A stretch of DNA of 57,620 nucleotides, the filler included, from Sphacelaria rigidula (Eukaryota): the NCBI GenBank assembly GCA_964200075.2. It is 9 parts of 9 records of this genome, joined end to end, with 100 filler letters (N's around TTAATTAATTAA, not from the genome) between each part and the next. Parts side by side here need not be neighbours in the genome. Positions count along the whole stretch, not along the records: positions 38,482 to 44,794 come from CAXNAA020020835.1; positions 44,895 to 51,207 come from CAXNAA020020836.1; positions 51,308 to 57,620 come from CAXNAA020020837.1; 6 more parts are not named here. The stretch is one strand, 5' to 3'. Positions 38,526 to 51,950 of the stretch are shown here, piece by piece (position 1 is the stretch's first letter; every line of letters starts with the position of its first letter). Made by a program: the position numbers and the translations under genes. Below the pieces are notes generated by a model. That model was not told the DNA's origin. It ran no database searches and saw only the letters and a list, made by a program, of their open reading frames with translations.

Positions 38526-39062
38526 ACCCCCCCCCCCCCTCCCCCCCCGAGGGAGACGATAGCATTCCAAGGAAATGCTCCAGAATCGAGCCGAAAATTT
38601 GACCACCGAGGATGGCCGAAAGGGTCATTTGTACCGTTTTCCTGCTTTTATGGTTGGCAGCCTTACGGTAAACGTTTGACTATTAATTTTTTGGTGTCGT
38701 GACGCGGGTCATAGCCCCCCCTCCCCCCGTTAATACACAAGCCATCGACCTCGTAGCGCCTTGGGGTCACGGGGTGATGGGGTGATGGGGTCAATGCTTG
38801 GGGTTCTACGTACAGTTTAGTTTACATGGGTTAGCAGCGCGGCAGATAACCTTGCCTTGGTAAGGAATAGTTCAGAGGCTTGTTGAAATGGCGGCCACGC
38901 TTGCCCTAACACCTCCGTTGCCCGCCAACACGTGATGCTTATGTACCATGCCCGTACCGCACACGAATCGTGCACCAGGAGGTCGATCGTACCGATCCAG
39001 TGATCTACATGTATTTCTTTTGCCCTCATTCTCGCTCTGCTCTTCCTCAACGCACGACCCAG

Positions 39063-39921
39063 GTGGCCACCGGAGCTACACACCATCAAGTTCGGCTCGA
39101 GCTTCTCCCAGGTGCTGCAGGGAACGGCGTGGCCAAGAGGCGCAGGAGGCGGACTGAAGCGACTCACGCTGGGGGAGAGCTTCAGCCGGCAGCCGGTCGA
39201 CACGGTTACTTGGCCAGATACTATCCAACAGCTGACCTTGGAGTGCATCACGGTGCGTCCCGACCGGAGCGTCCGATGGCCCCGCACGCTCAAGCGCTTA
39301 AAGGTCGACTTGGGGCTGCAGAGAATAGAAGCTGTATCTTGGCCCGTTGCTCTCGAGGAACTCGAGTTCGGAGGTCGCTTCAACCAGAGGGTCGATGGCC
39401 GGGTGTGGCCCCTGGGGTTGAGACGACTGATGTTTGGTCAATCTTTCAACCGCCCGCTAGACCGCGTGGTGTGGCCAATCCGTCTCCAGGAGCTCCACTT
39501 TGGGTGCATGTTCGACCAGCCTCTGGGACACGTGCATTGGCCACCCGATCTGAAACGGCTCACGTTCGGTGACCATTTTAACCAGCCAATTTCGGGGGTG
39601 CGGTGGCCGGAGACCTTGGAAGAAATTTCCTTTGCCGGTTGGGCGTTCGCCCAGCCCTTGGACAGATCTGCGGTTTGGCCGGTCGCCTTGAGAAGACTGA
39701 CGTTGGGACGGGGCGTATTTAGAGGTGGGATTAATTCTCCGGACAGTATTGCGTTGCCGCCCGCCCTTCGTGAGCTTGAAGTTGTGCAGGGCTGCAAGCT
39801 GTCTCTGAAGTGTGTGAGGTGGCCGCGCAGTTTGAAGATGCTCACGGCGAGCAGGGAAGCGGTTGGGGGTGATTCTCGGGAGCTAGGGTTGCCCGATGGA
39901 TGTCAGGTTCGACACCGATAG
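39063..39921 (+). CDS. FNIP-repeat (LRR-like) protein, terminal exon
   Basis: Acceptor AG at 39061-39062 after a pyrimidine tract; about 22-aa repeats WPxxLxxLxFGxxFNQPI (e.g. WPPDLKRLTFGDHFNQPISGVRWP); ends in TAG. Confidence 0.88.
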
Positions 39922-40730
39922 AAGCCTAGTGCGGGAGAGTGGCTTGGTGCATCATAACCTTCGGCGCATTGTGTGACTGCGTGCTGGTTTGCGGTGCACA
40001 GCTGCTGTGGGACATCTGGCTTCCATGATGAGGTGTACAGCAAGAGATGAAAAACAGATTATGAGTTCATTGTGCTCGTGGGTACTTGATTGGAGACGTC
40101 GATAGCGCTAGTGTCTGCGGTACACTGCTGGCTGAAGCACGCTTGTTGTGTGTCACGGGCGTACAGAATACACCGCACGTGTGGTCACTAGTACCGGATG
40201 TGTGCGGAGAATGTACGGTAACATTAATCACATGGTAAGGTGGGCGCATTGGTTTCCTCCTTATGTCTTTGTACATGTGTCGGGGACCCTGAGGTCATTG
40301 TTTTTGAAATACCTGATCACCTCCTTCTCACGGAGCGCTTGGCTTTTGATGTATGTATGGGTGAGCCAAAACCTAAGGCGCCGAAGCGGTAGTTTTTCGG
40401 AGGGTGTTACGTACAGGTTGGTCCCACTACTGTAGACAAGAAGTTCTCCGGAGATTCCTCACTCGAGGCTTGAGAGCGCGGACCTGGAATTTTGGGGAGA
40501 GGTGCGCATCGATCATGTTCAGACCATCATTTGTGATGTTTGTTTCTTAGGGTGTGGGCCATTTGATTTGATTTCCGAAAAGGGATTCGGCCTCACCTCC
40601 CAACAAAATCGCAAATTAAGGAATCACTAGTGGCGGCCTCCGAATGGTCGATGCGCGCCTCTCCTCAAATTTCAGATCCTTCCTCACTCTCAGATCTCGC
40701 GGGAGGAACTCAAGCTATGTACCTTACCGA

Positions 40731-40968
40731 GAGTCATGCTACGAAATAGGGGGTGGGGGGGGTGGGGGATGGTTCCATAAAAAATACGACATAACACAAT
40801 CGCGGTGCGCTTGTACTTGGGTAAAAGCGGTGTCAAGCAGAATAAATGAGTGTTACCTTCGGTAATAAACACCGTTCCAACAACCATTGCTGCTTTCGAC
40901 GATAGTTTGAGGTGGAGTTTCGAAAAAATGACCCAAAATGCCCCACCATCGTTTTGGTAGAATGACTC
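40731..40968. mobile_element. MITE with GAGTCATGCTAC-type TIRs; second copy at 49902-50155
   Basis: Inverted termini plus shared core CGCGGTGCGCTTGTA.TTG.GTAAAA.CGGTGT. Confidence 0.65.
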
Positions 40969-42059
40969 ACGAGGGCTTGGAAATCTCATATATTTTCGTG
41001 GACGTTTTATCCAAACAATGTGGATTTTTTGCCCAAACATGTGTTCTAGGCATAGCTTTCGAACGGCTACGAGTTGAGCATTGAAGCGAGTGTCGGTGCT
41101 TTCACTTTTGGTGTCAGCAACACGCACAACAAATATCAGGATCATCGAGCAACAGCTCATAGTTGTGTCATTATTATTTTGTTTTCGATCATTCCTTCGC
41201 CCAACTGCCGCCACCGGGCCGTATCGAATATGACGGGATAGTGAGAAATGATAGAAGTGCCTGAATGATCGATCTAGCAATACGGGGCACTCCGAGGCGA
41301 TTGTAAGGGAGGAGGGAACCCTCTTTCGTTTGTGCTATGTGTTGCTGCTGGTGCTCGGGGTGTCTGCCCTGGAGACACCTTCAGTCTCACTTCGTGAGAT
41401 TAGGCTGTATCGCTACGAGGTTGAGGGTTGCGTTGAAGCTAGCTATGTTGGACGTTTGGAGAGATATGCGCCTGACGAGTGTGGTCGTTTTGCTGTACGT
41501 GCTTATGCTTAGGGTTCGAGAATATATGTGCGGTGCTGCGAGGCATGGTCGGTAAAATGCAAATGGGCGAAGGGGTAGGAATTAGGGGCAACTGAGGTGA
41601 TGATGCTCGAATAACTGTTTATATATATTGGCATCACTCGGGTGCAGGTGTTGACAACGGTGTTGGTATAGCAACGCTGATGGCTGGAATGGCATGGTTT
41701 ATCTATAGTTCTACATATTTGTTGATAGTGGTATGGTCCCGTATGATGGTTGATGTTTCCGTCGATGAACAGGGTTGTTACTTGTAAATAGTCGCTAGAG
41801 GTATTGTGCAGCTATCACGCGTGTAGTTGCCCCAAAATTCACCTCATCCCTGATACAGTAGTGGTTCAGTAACGTCAATGTTTCCGCAGCTCTCGTCGGT
41901 GTGTTGGTTTTGGAGCAAAAAATGGTCGAGTGATCCTTCCCCTTGTGTTGCCTTCAACCATCCAGAATATTTAGGGGGCCGAGGATACCGGACGGTATTT
42001 GTTTACCGAGGCGTTCGCACTCACCAGGAAATCACAACTAATTCGTGTTCTGTTCGTTT

Positions 42060-42395
42060 TGTGCGACTGGTTTGCCCGCACGGGTGGCCACTGGGGTCTG
42101 TACCCTGCTCATTTGTGGGACCTTATCCACCTTTGGTAAGGTCCGCGGATTGGGTAGACAACTGAAGAGCATTCGAACAGCATGGACAGGATCGAAACAA
42201 AACATGTCCCAGTCTATAGGCGGGTGACTCCCCTGTAGACTGGAACATGCTTTATTTCGAACCTGTCCATGCCGTGCGAATGCTCTTCAGTTGTCCACCT
42301 AATCCGCGGCCCCTACCAAAGGTGGATAAGGTTCCAAAATGGGCAGGTTACAGACCCCAGTGGCCACCCGTGCGGCAAAAGGAAAGTGTCGCACA
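42060..42395. repeat. Long near-perfect foldback (hairpin MITE)
   Basis: Arms of roughly 155 nt pair with a very small loop near 42225. Confidence 0.85.
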
Positions 42396-44999
42396 GCAGA
42401 GCAGTGCTGGTAGAACGTAGCGAAGGGCTATGCTTATCATGCTTGTTATGGTTATTATGGTCATTATGGTGTTTCCGTACCGGCAGAGAGAGCGATACGA
42501 CTTTTTCTTAGCAGCGACGAGAGGTGCTCACCGAAAGAAGTCGAAAAAATTGCGATAGCTAGTTACGCGTCTAGTCGAGATTATCGGTAGTTGAATATAT
42601 TGCGCGATGAAACGGGGTTGCTAGATGCGCGACATACTCCAAAGGTGGTGAATGATGGGTGTGGTACGGGTACGGGATGGTCATACCCCAGGTACCCTCG
42701 AGAGTGGGCTTCAGTGACCCTCGGGTATGCACTACTTTCAGTAATCAATACTCCAGTTAACTCGAAATGCTGAGTATTTTCGGGAGTCGATGCGCTGAGT
42801 TCGCTAGCATTTTCAGCATGCATATGTTCTGGTACGCACCCTGGACACCACTGGAATATTTGACCGTAGGCAGCCGGGGTGTCAGTGTGATCGACCGCAG
42901 GCGAGTACGGTTGACCGGTTATCGTGTGTGTACCGCGGTCGTCACTTGAGGTCACATCGTCTCGAATGATAATGGTGAATATTCGAAAGCTGAGTGAAGC
43001 TTTTTTTGGGAGATGCAGAATGATATATTTCTGTAAAAATATACAAGATGAGTAATCGGTAGAGATTGGTCGCACAGCGTAGAGGTGTGTCACTGTAGGG
43101 TGTATATAAGGGCGATCAATTATACATGTTCTAGATCTACTTGTCTTCAGGACAGGAAAATGATTACACAGGAATGTTGGACAGTCTTCGCTGTGTAGGA
43201 AATATGAAATTTTTGTTGGGATGAACGTTGGTGTTGAAATTTTGCGAGTGGTTTTTCGAGGTGGAGGCATGTGTTCCGCGGTATAGGTATTCCATGGGTG
43301 GTGACTATTAATAAACGCATGCTCATATGCTACGGTAGCGCTACCAGATATGACATGCGTACGATAGGGTAGCATTTGTGTTTGTTTTTTGTTTAGCGCT
43401 TGCGCTCCTGAAGGAGGGTATCGACGTAAGGTATTAGTACTTCGAAATTACGGACAAGAGCAGGTTGTGGGGTGTCACTGCTTGCATACGGCCGAGAAGG
43501 ACTCAGATGTATGTTGGACGGCATGCAGGCAGTATACAGCGGTGTGCTCGGTGCATTACATACATATGTATGTACATGTATTCCAGAAAAGAGTAGATGG
43601 TGAATGTTGTTCACACTTCGGGGAGAGAGGAGAGATACGACCTGAGCCAGCTTGCAGCATGTTTTGGCGCTTGACCAGCGTTGCACGGCCTGTTTGTAGA
43701 GTTGAAAGCTGAAATTTTGACGCAGGTTTTATATCAACAAGACGCGAAAATATGTTGCCTTAACCAAAAGGAAGATAATAATATGGGAAGATTTATCCAG
43801 TTCAAGATTCTCAGAAAACTTCACAATGTCATAACTCATCAAATATATATATACTTCCTCTGTCTCATAAGACAGGGTACCTATGGGCAATACGTTGTCT
43901 GGGTATAACCGTGTTAGTGAGGATAGTACAGTCGGGTTCGTGATAAAGATGAAACGCAGACGAAGCTAGAGAAACGAAAACAAAACGGGGTTCTACTCCT
44001 TTACCTAAAATGGGGCAAAATAAACCCTACTTTGGACTATTTTGGAAATATTTTTGAGGATGTTTTTTGACCATGTGTTTTGAAATTTCTCGAAAAATTC
44101 TCAGAAGCGTCCATATTTAGAACCCTACCTGCCCACTACACTATTCTAGCTATGGACTCGCCCCCCAGCACATCCCCACCTCGCAAACGTGGCGCCGACA
44201 TATCGGTTGGCGGCCGCTATGCAATGGCGACAATGGTTTTCGACACTTTCTTGTCCGTGGGAAAGGCGTGAAATACGGCCATTTTTGGGCTGAATGATAT
44301 ATCTTCGGCCGTTCGGTCGCATTATAGAGCCCTCCTGGACTACTCTACTGCATGGTTCAAGCATATCGGCTGAGAGAAACAAATCTAAACATGTTTTTTC
44401 CTCGAAAAACACCAAACATTTCAACAACAAAAAAACAGAAACAGATCGGACACGGTTGAGGGCCCGTACAAATTTAGGTACCCTAATTTATGAGACAGAG
44501 GAAGTATTCGTTGAGGCAACAAGCTTTCGCGTATTGACGTGTGGCACGTACGTGTGAAATTTCAGCTCAAAGCTCCTCGAATTGGACCGTGTATTCCACT
44601 TTATGTGTGACACTGTTACACACCGGTGTCTAGCTGACAAAAGATGTCCACAAGGGCGGAAGATCATAAATGCATATCCCGGCAGATACCGTTTTTCCAA
44701 TTTTCCAATTGGTTGTTGTTTCAGGCTATTGGCTATTAACAGCGGATCATCTATGTTGAGGATGGAGATTTTCATTGGGGATGAGAACCCGGAGNNNNNN
44801 NNNNNNNNNNNNNNNNNNNNNNNNNNNNNNNNNNNNNNTTAATTAATTAANNNNNNNNNNNNNNNNNNNNNNNNNNNNNNNNNNNNNNNNNNNNCTATTC
44901 ACTCTTTTTTTCTTACTCGTATGCCAACCTCCTGGTCTAATAACTTGGTTTACCATTATATTATTCCCCCCCCCCCCCGCCTTTTTTACTTTTTTTCAG

Positions 45000-45224
45000 T
45001 TCTCCACCTTCCTTCAGCGGTGCTCACCTTTTTCTTTTTATAGCGAGAAGGGTCCAGCAGTTCCGTCCCCGCGTCGACTGTTGAGTCGAATTTTATGTAC
45101 CCACGACATAGTCGCCCTTCACTGTTGGGCATTGTATGAGAATAAAAATCCCAGATCGTTCCGAGATTCGTACTCACGACCCAATCGTCAGAAGGTAAAC
45201 CTGACCCACGGGGGCGACCGGCTG
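45000..45224 (-). mobile_element. tRNA-derived SINE, partial
   Basis: Colinear with about 57115-57335. Confidence 0.7.
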
Positions 45225-46280
45225 CAGTCGATATAACAAAACACCGTCAGTATCGTAGTACACTGCACTGCAACGCCTAGCGTGACCTCGAATATATGAG
45301 TCTGATCACAAGCACTAGCGGCTCATGACCTCATTCCCAAGGAACGGAGGCCTACCCCATTTCCACTTGCACTATTTTCAGGTATGTTCTAGAAGGTATA
45401 CACCGGACGGCGTGGTATAACAACCCCTGTTGCAGAAGCACTCTGAGTCTCGACTTTCACGAGGCAAGACCGGGTACGCCTGGATTATCTCCTTCATCGA
45501 ATCACTCCACGCAGAAACTGACAACCCCACTGCTATCGACAGTCGGCGCCGCTGCGATTCCTCATGACGTTAGCATTAAGATGGTCAAGTAAAAAGGCTC
45601 AGACGAGAGATGTAGGACAGCGTGGGGGTGTTATACGGCGTCACCTAGTAGAGCAAAAACGGACGAGAGTTTTCTTATCAAAACATGCCTGACTTTGTTC
45701 ACACCTGCAGTAGCTTGACTGGAGATTCGTCGTTCCATTTCCTGGGTAGGGTGAGCTTGAGGGTCACGTGCAGCTCAGGGTCACTTCCTTCCTCATAGTG
45801 TACGTATACCTTCATCTCTGTGCTGTGTTATCTTGCCTTGTTGCAGCCGGTAAGCGTCTGGGTGGTGGAAGAGAATCACAGCGTATCCAATTTTCGGTGC
45901 AGGGGTTCTGCAGTAAGTAAAGACAGAAGTACGGCCAGGATACACCACACCGCAGGTTATCGCTCTTCCTTCTATCTGTCCGTATTTATTTCGCTCTCTC
46001 TACGCCATTGACACTACCTCTCCACTTTCTTCGTCAACCCACTTTATTCCGCTTGACCGACCTAGACCAAGCAAGAGCGATCCTTGTCACGCCATGCGTA
46101 TGATTATTATTTACAGTCGCGCGCATGCAATGGTGGTCTTCCAAGCATTTCCAAGCCAGGGTCTTGTCATTTCGCCTATAGTAGAGTATGACTAAAATTC
46201 GTATCTGACTTGAATTCGTTCAAATGAATGCACTGTAGGGAGTTCTGGACTGTTGTGGAAGTCCAACTTCTTGATAAGCC

Positions 46281-46393
46281 ATGCGGGCACGTGGAGCGTT
46301 GGTGTTGTCCCTTGGCACCATGGCCAGCAGCTCCATGCGTGTCTGCTCGGCATTCGTCGTGGGAGCAGGGGCAGGACTGGTGCTAGCGAGCAG
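46281..46393 (+). CDS. Probable first exon (signal peptide plus SAF motif) of a plastid-targeted NAD(P)-binding protein
   Basis: MRARGALVLSLGTMASSSMRVCSAFVVGAGAGLVLAS then AG|GTAAC; phase 2, compatible with the exon at 50755. Confidence 0.55.
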
Positions 46394-46741
46394 GTAACAT
46401 GACGGACGATCTGTACGTGACTCTCATTCGTACACACCTAGTCTTGCAAACATGAGTAATGTTGTACTGTCCTTGATCTAAAAACTGTAGTACTACTGTA
46501 CAAGAAACGGTGCGGTAGACCAGAGGGCACAGCACACAGCATCCATGACGTTGGCCAAAGCATTGGCACGTACACGCGTGTTTATTTGTTCAGGTGACAC
46601 CTGGTGTATGATTATACCAATGTTATGTTACTTCGTCAGCTGGTGTTTCAAATCGTAGCGCTGAACGAATCTCACGAAAAGTGGGGATAGTCAAGGCATC
46701 ATGAACGCGTGTGTTGCTTAGCTTTCCCCCCTGTTTCTCAG

Positions 46742-46894
46742 GTTTGGCAACAAGATAACAAACCAACAAGAGGACCATGCCAGACAAAACAGTAACTCAT
46801 GGGTTGTATATCTACACAACGATTACATGTTGGAAAGTTGTGTCGACGACATCTGTGGGAGTCCGAAGCGGAGAGGAAGTGTGGGCCGATCTAG
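46742..46894 (+). CDS. Possible phase 2-2 internal exon of the same gene
   Basis: Strong acceptor (TTTCCCCCCTGTTTCTCAG), 153 bp open in the required frame, donor AG|GTGTGT; no homology recognised. Confidence 0.3.
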
Positions 46895-48429
46895 GTGTGT
46901 ATCCAGCGAGAACACCAGCATTCCATACATGGTACGGCGAATAAATCTCTCTCCGCAGCTGAACCAGACTTGTGTGTACCGTCGGGGGGAGTGGGGAAGG
47001 TTAAGGTTGCAGTAGATCTCCTTTTCCCGCGAACTATTTCACGATCTTGTTCATCGGTTGTACGAGCTGATCGTAATATACGGTATGCTGTACTATCATC
47101 ACGATGAGGTACTGTGCTGCACATCAAAGACGTCCTGTGCCGTCGGCTCCAGAATATTCGGAGGTTGCGTGAGTGAGAAGACCTGTTGTTTATCCCTGTC
47201 GCGTCAGGCCTTATTTCAGAACAATATCGTATGTCGACGGTTAACGTTGATATCGCCAGCGCTCCAGCGCAGCAGCTACCCCCTGTATGCACCTTCTATT
47301 CCTCATGACTACTCATCATGTACAAAGTGTACTCTACAACCCTCAAACCCAGGTTTATGCCGCGCTGCCAGTTGAAATCGCTTTCTTGATGAGAGGGTGG
47401 GGTTCACCAAGCGGGTCTTATCCATTTTATGTTGAAAATTCAGAGCAATTTTCGGAATGAGGAGTGGAAAGTTTAAAGTTGCACACTAAAATCAAGATAC
47501 CACGTATCGTTTTGTATCATGGTACTGTGCCGTGCCGATGAGTTGAAGTGTGCTTCATTGTACGGTACCATTATAGTCAATATAATGCCGCGTATCTTGC
47601 TGAGTATGCTGCCTATCTTAAAACGCACACTGGAAAGACCACTTTCGCAAGGTGCAAGGACTCGGGGTGATCGCACGGGACGTGCACGGCACCAAAGTTG
47701 AAATATCACTACTGCTGTGTGCATGGTAGCTTTTGGCCCTGTCTATTGCCCAGGCTGTGGCTCAGGTGTGTTGTACCGTACAGCGCTTGCACACGTGGGC
47801 TTGCTAAGCACAGGGCAGACGGAAAATGACCAAATTGCGAGGCGAGAGATCACGTGGAGACTGGGTTGGCGGGAAGAAGGGTTCTTTTCACTACTGCCGT
47901 ACTTTACCCTGATCCTGTATAGAGATGAGTGAATTTCCGAATCCCACTCGATGGCGCTAGAGGCCTTGTTTTTCACCTCGACAGTTGACCAGTTTGAGTG
48001 TTCGCATCTACAATCATTTGACAGTAGCCACGTGGCCGTCTTGGATTTTACGCCATTGCTAGGCCACTTCATTCGATGAAACTGGAGTAAAACATCCTGT
48101 ACTAGGGCAGGTCCCAGCACAATGCGGTGGGTCGCTAGCGCGGCACGACCGCACTATTCTGGTATACTGTAGTGTGATGATCACTTACTTCTTCGTGTAC
48201 GTTTTTGGCAAATCTGGCGTTGTTTTTATTTGTTTGGTTGTTTTTTCTTTCTTTTTCTCCCCGTTGAGGTCGGGGGAGCTACAGGCTGGGCCAGCTGACA
48301 TTGATTTTTGAATGTGCGGCCGGTCATTCCAAGAGTTGGGCGCTGAAATTTTGACACAACATTTTTACCATCGCTACGCACAACATTTCTCGAGGTGCCT
48401 TAAAAAGCTGGGCCAGCCTAGAGGCGGCT

Positions 48430-48720
48430 TTGAAGTTTGCAGGCGAATGTGTCGGGCACTATTTAGGCGTCGGAGCTTTAAATTTGGTATGGACAATGCA
48501 TAGGGAGTAAAGAAGAAAATTTTGAATGTAAGTTTTTTTTTTTCCCATGAGTTGAGGGCATTTTACTGATACCTGGATACTGAGTAATGCCCTCAACTGT
48601 TGAAAAAAAACTAGAAATAAATGGTATACCCGTAAAATAATTTTTTATGCCCTATGCATTGTCCATACCAAATTTTACGCTCCAACTCTAAATATTCACC
48701 GACACATTCGCCTTTCAAAA
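48430..48720. repeat. Foldback repeat
   Basis: AAATTTGGTATGGACAATGCATAGGG pairs with CCCTATGCATTGTCCATACCAAATTT; inner AGTTGAGGGCATT pairs with AATGCCCTCAACT; related arm at 25656-25725. Confidence 0.75.
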
Positions 48721-49901
48721 ACCGGGTCGGCATAAATTCGAGACAGTATTTCCCATGCCATTCACTGGCCCACGTTTGGTTTTCGTGCATTAAAATTTTG
48801 TGTGGGCCCTCTTTAAGGCATAATTGGCGAAAAGCAGTGGATCAGGTTGTCTGTTTTATTTTTTTTCACTGGTTTAGGGCGTTTTAGTATAGTGAAGATC
48901 ATTTTTCACGAGAACGCCCAAACCTCTGTGAAGAAAAAAATTGAAGGCCCATTTTTTGCTATTCGACACACCTTCGTGGTTCTCCATGCTAAATTTTAAG
49001 TCACAATTCCAAAAGTTTAGCTGAAAAAATGAAAAAACGATGAAGAAACAAGAACAAAAGGTGATAAGCTGTCTTGTTATGTTATTATGCATTGGCGGTT
49101 CTCCATACAAAATTTCATAGCACAACTCTCAGAAACTGAAACGCGATATCCAGATAGGGCATCTAGGACCTCTACTCGTAATATATTGATTCTAGTCTGG
49201 AAACTCATGTGCGCCATATCTCGAGATGTAATACGAATTAGGTGAAGGTGAGGGTATCTATCGTCTCCCCGTGCTCCAGGAAAGGCTCACAACGAAAATC
49301 GTCATCATCCGCTGAACGTTTCGTTCGGGGTTTCACATAGATTTTAGTGTGGACGCTATCTCCGTACGGTATAGGAATTACTAGACATGGGGTTTAATCC
49401 ACGATAAAATATTGGCCCAGATTTTTGAGCAGATGGGCACTTTCCCCTTGATTTGACGATTAATACGATATGCGGATCACGGCCCAACTCGTCTGTGTCG
49501 ATGAGAGATTACTTTTAGACCTTACATCAGTTTATTGGCTGGCCCAGCTCGTAGGCCACAAGTTCGTTTTTGTACGAAACTTGCATATCCAACAGCAATC
49601 GGTCAAGTTTTTTAAAAATGGCAGTTTCCCCCTGTTTTTCGATGACTTGACCGTTTGTTGTTGGATCTGCAAGTCTGGTAAAGAACGAAATTGTGGCCCA
49701 CGGAAAACGCAAAGGTGCTCTAGAACGGTCCCAGCGAAAAGAGCAAGTCATTCCCAGGTGTCAACATCCGCCTAAACCTCTTTTCGGGCGAAAAACGATG
49801 GAAAAGGGACAAAAATGCGTTGTTCAACATGATTTATTTTTTGATACATGAGAAGTAGTCTTTGCCCCCACCACAATGGTCATGATCGAAAATCCGGCTA
49901 T

Positions 49902-50155
49902 GAGCCATGCTACGATAGGGCGGGGGAGGGGTGTTTGATTCCACGAAAAAATGTCATCGTGGATGCGTCAAATAACCTCAAACACTCGCGGTGCGCTTGT
50001 ATTTGAGTAAAAACGGTGTATAGCAGTATGACTGAGCATTGTTTATCGGGAGCAAGTGCGTTCGAACAACAGTTGGCTGCTCCCAACGGCGGTTGAAGTG
50101 GCATTTCGTGAAAAAACGGCCCAAATTCACCCCCCCCCCTATCGTAGCATGGCTT
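49902..50155. mobile_element. MITE inserted into a dispersed repeat
   Basis: AGCCATGCTACGATAGGG and CCCTATCGTAGCATGGCT inverted termini; empty site in the host copy near 5490-5510. Confidence 0.75.
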
Positions 50156-50754
50156 ATATGTCGCCCTCTTCAGTTGTCCATGGCGGTCAGTATGATAACA
50201 TGCATGCGACAATTGGGTAGGTATCGCGGAAGGCATTTGCTGAGTAGTGAATTTTTGGGTCGAAAGCGTGAACCAGACACACCCTGAACAGTACACAGTA
50301 TTGGCAAAAAGTGTACTGCATACAGTATTGAATCTATTGTATATTGCAATAGACCATATACATTGGATACGATACGGTGCAGAGTATTTTTTTTTTGTCC
50401 CATGTGTAGTATTCGTGAAAATTTTCCGTTCGTTCCCTGTAGTCTGTGTCGTTCTGTTCGACTTCTTTCTGTCCCTTTGCTTCTTCAGCGAGTCTTTAGT
50501 TTTGTTTTTCTTGGGTTCGTCCATTATGTGACCACGGCTGGACGGATCCCTCAGGGGTCAGTTAATATTCGACAATCAATCAATGAAGATATGAAAAAAT
50601 CCTTCACCAAGTCTGAAAAAAAACTCCGACGTCAACTGGGTCAAGTATATCGAACTTTGATTGACCACTACACTTACACTACACTGTTGATGAAGAAGTA
50701 ATCCTTGAAAAACAGGAGAACGAGCTGACTGACCGAATGAAATGAACGATGCAG

Positions 50755-50929
50755 GGGAGCAAAAGCTAGTGGCATCACCAAGATGGCAACACCGGCAGAA
50801 GTAGCAGCAGCAGTAGTGCCGAAGCGGGTGCTCGTTGCTGGAGCGGGCGGACGCACGGGCGGCCTGGTTTTCGATAAGCTCCTGGCGAAGGAGGAATACA
50901 TTACCACCGGCATGGTTCGAAGCGAGAAG
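50755..50929 (+). CDS. NAD(P)-binding Rossmann-fold (atypical SDR, At5g02240-like) protein, exon
   Basis: KRVLVAGAGGRTGGLVFDKLLAKEEYITTGMVRSEK with GxxGxxG; probable GC donor at 50930. Confidence 0.8.
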
Positions 50930-51576
50930 GCGAGGCTTGCGCAGTACAGCAGAGAAATACGCCTTTGGGTGGAGAAAAGACCAGTTTCGAGGTTTTGGGA
51001 GGTGGTACTTAACGTACGCTGATTCAAGGAAAAGTACCAATTTTGAATTTTGGGGGGTGATGCTTGATGTACGCGGTACGCGGGAAAATACCATTATTAG
51101 GGTTTGCGGGTAGTACCCAACGTACGCTGGTGCAGTGTGTGTGTGTGTGTGTGTTGTCGTCCCATTTATTCTGGGCACCAGTCTACACCTTTCGGTGTAT
51201 GTGGGTGNNNNNNNNNNNNNNNNNNNNNNNNNNNNNNNNNNNNNNNNNNNNTTAATTAATTAANNNNNNNNNNNNNNNNNNNNNNNNNNNNNNNNNNNNN
51301 NNNNNNNGACTACATGATTGAGCACACAGTACAACAATAAAAAACCTATAATTGTCGTTTTTTATGACTACATCATTGAGCACAAAATCCGGCATACCCC
51401 AAACAAAAAAAAAAACACGTCTTCAAACCCACCCCGACCCGGAACCAGACCCTTGGATCCGGGCCATCCCGAACCAAACCGGTTCAGAACCTTTCCTCCA
51501 CGCCATACCGTCCCGAACAGGGTTCAGAACCGGAAGAGAACCGATTCAAGAGCGCATCGAAATATACATGGCTCAC

Positions 51577-51842
51577 CTCCTAGAAGAGGCTGTTGCAGCT
51601 CCCGCCGACCGGGGGGGTGGGGTGAGCTTCCCATGAGCTGGCATGGGGGATATGAGACGGCCGGATTCACCGTCAGCGCCGGCGGCCGCGTTGCTCGCCC
51701 CAGCAGAAGCGAGAGGAAAATGCCCGGGGGAGCTCGCGAGCGTTGAGAGTCTCGGGTTGGCGGAAGAGCCTTTGGAGACAGCGCGTATGACGAGCTTGGC
51801 TTTTTTCGTTTCTGCCAGCGACAGGGAATTTTCTTTCCAGTC
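51577..51842 (-). CDS. LamG/ConA-domain protein, exon (low-complexity C-terminal region)
   Basis: 266-bp open exon DWKENSLSLAETKKAKLVIR...ATASSR with CAG acceptor and GTGAGC donor; in phase with the upstream exon. Confidence 0.6.
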
Positions 51843-51883
51843 CTGTGCACGTGTTTTGTTTACGGGCGGTGAAGGGAATCAGG

Positions 51884-51950
51884 CGTTCTCATGTGTTGCT
51901 TGCCTTAGTCGTCTGACCATTGACCACGCATCCCTTTCGAGACGGAGCAA
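51884..51950 (-). mobile_element. Family B LINE, 67-bp 3' fragment with 12-bp TSD
   Basis: AAGGGAATCAGG at 51872-51883 and 51951-51962. Confidence 0.88.

Noticed and set aside
38817..39845. Overlapping ORFs around the FNIP exon
   Set aside because: Shadow frames of a GC-rich coding exon.
42581..43375. 264-aa ORF
   Set aside because: No recognisable domain and atypical composition; cannot be supported as a gene.
41302..43380. Possible solo LTR starting TGTAAGGG
   Set aside because: No second copy, TSD, PBS or PPT could be identified.
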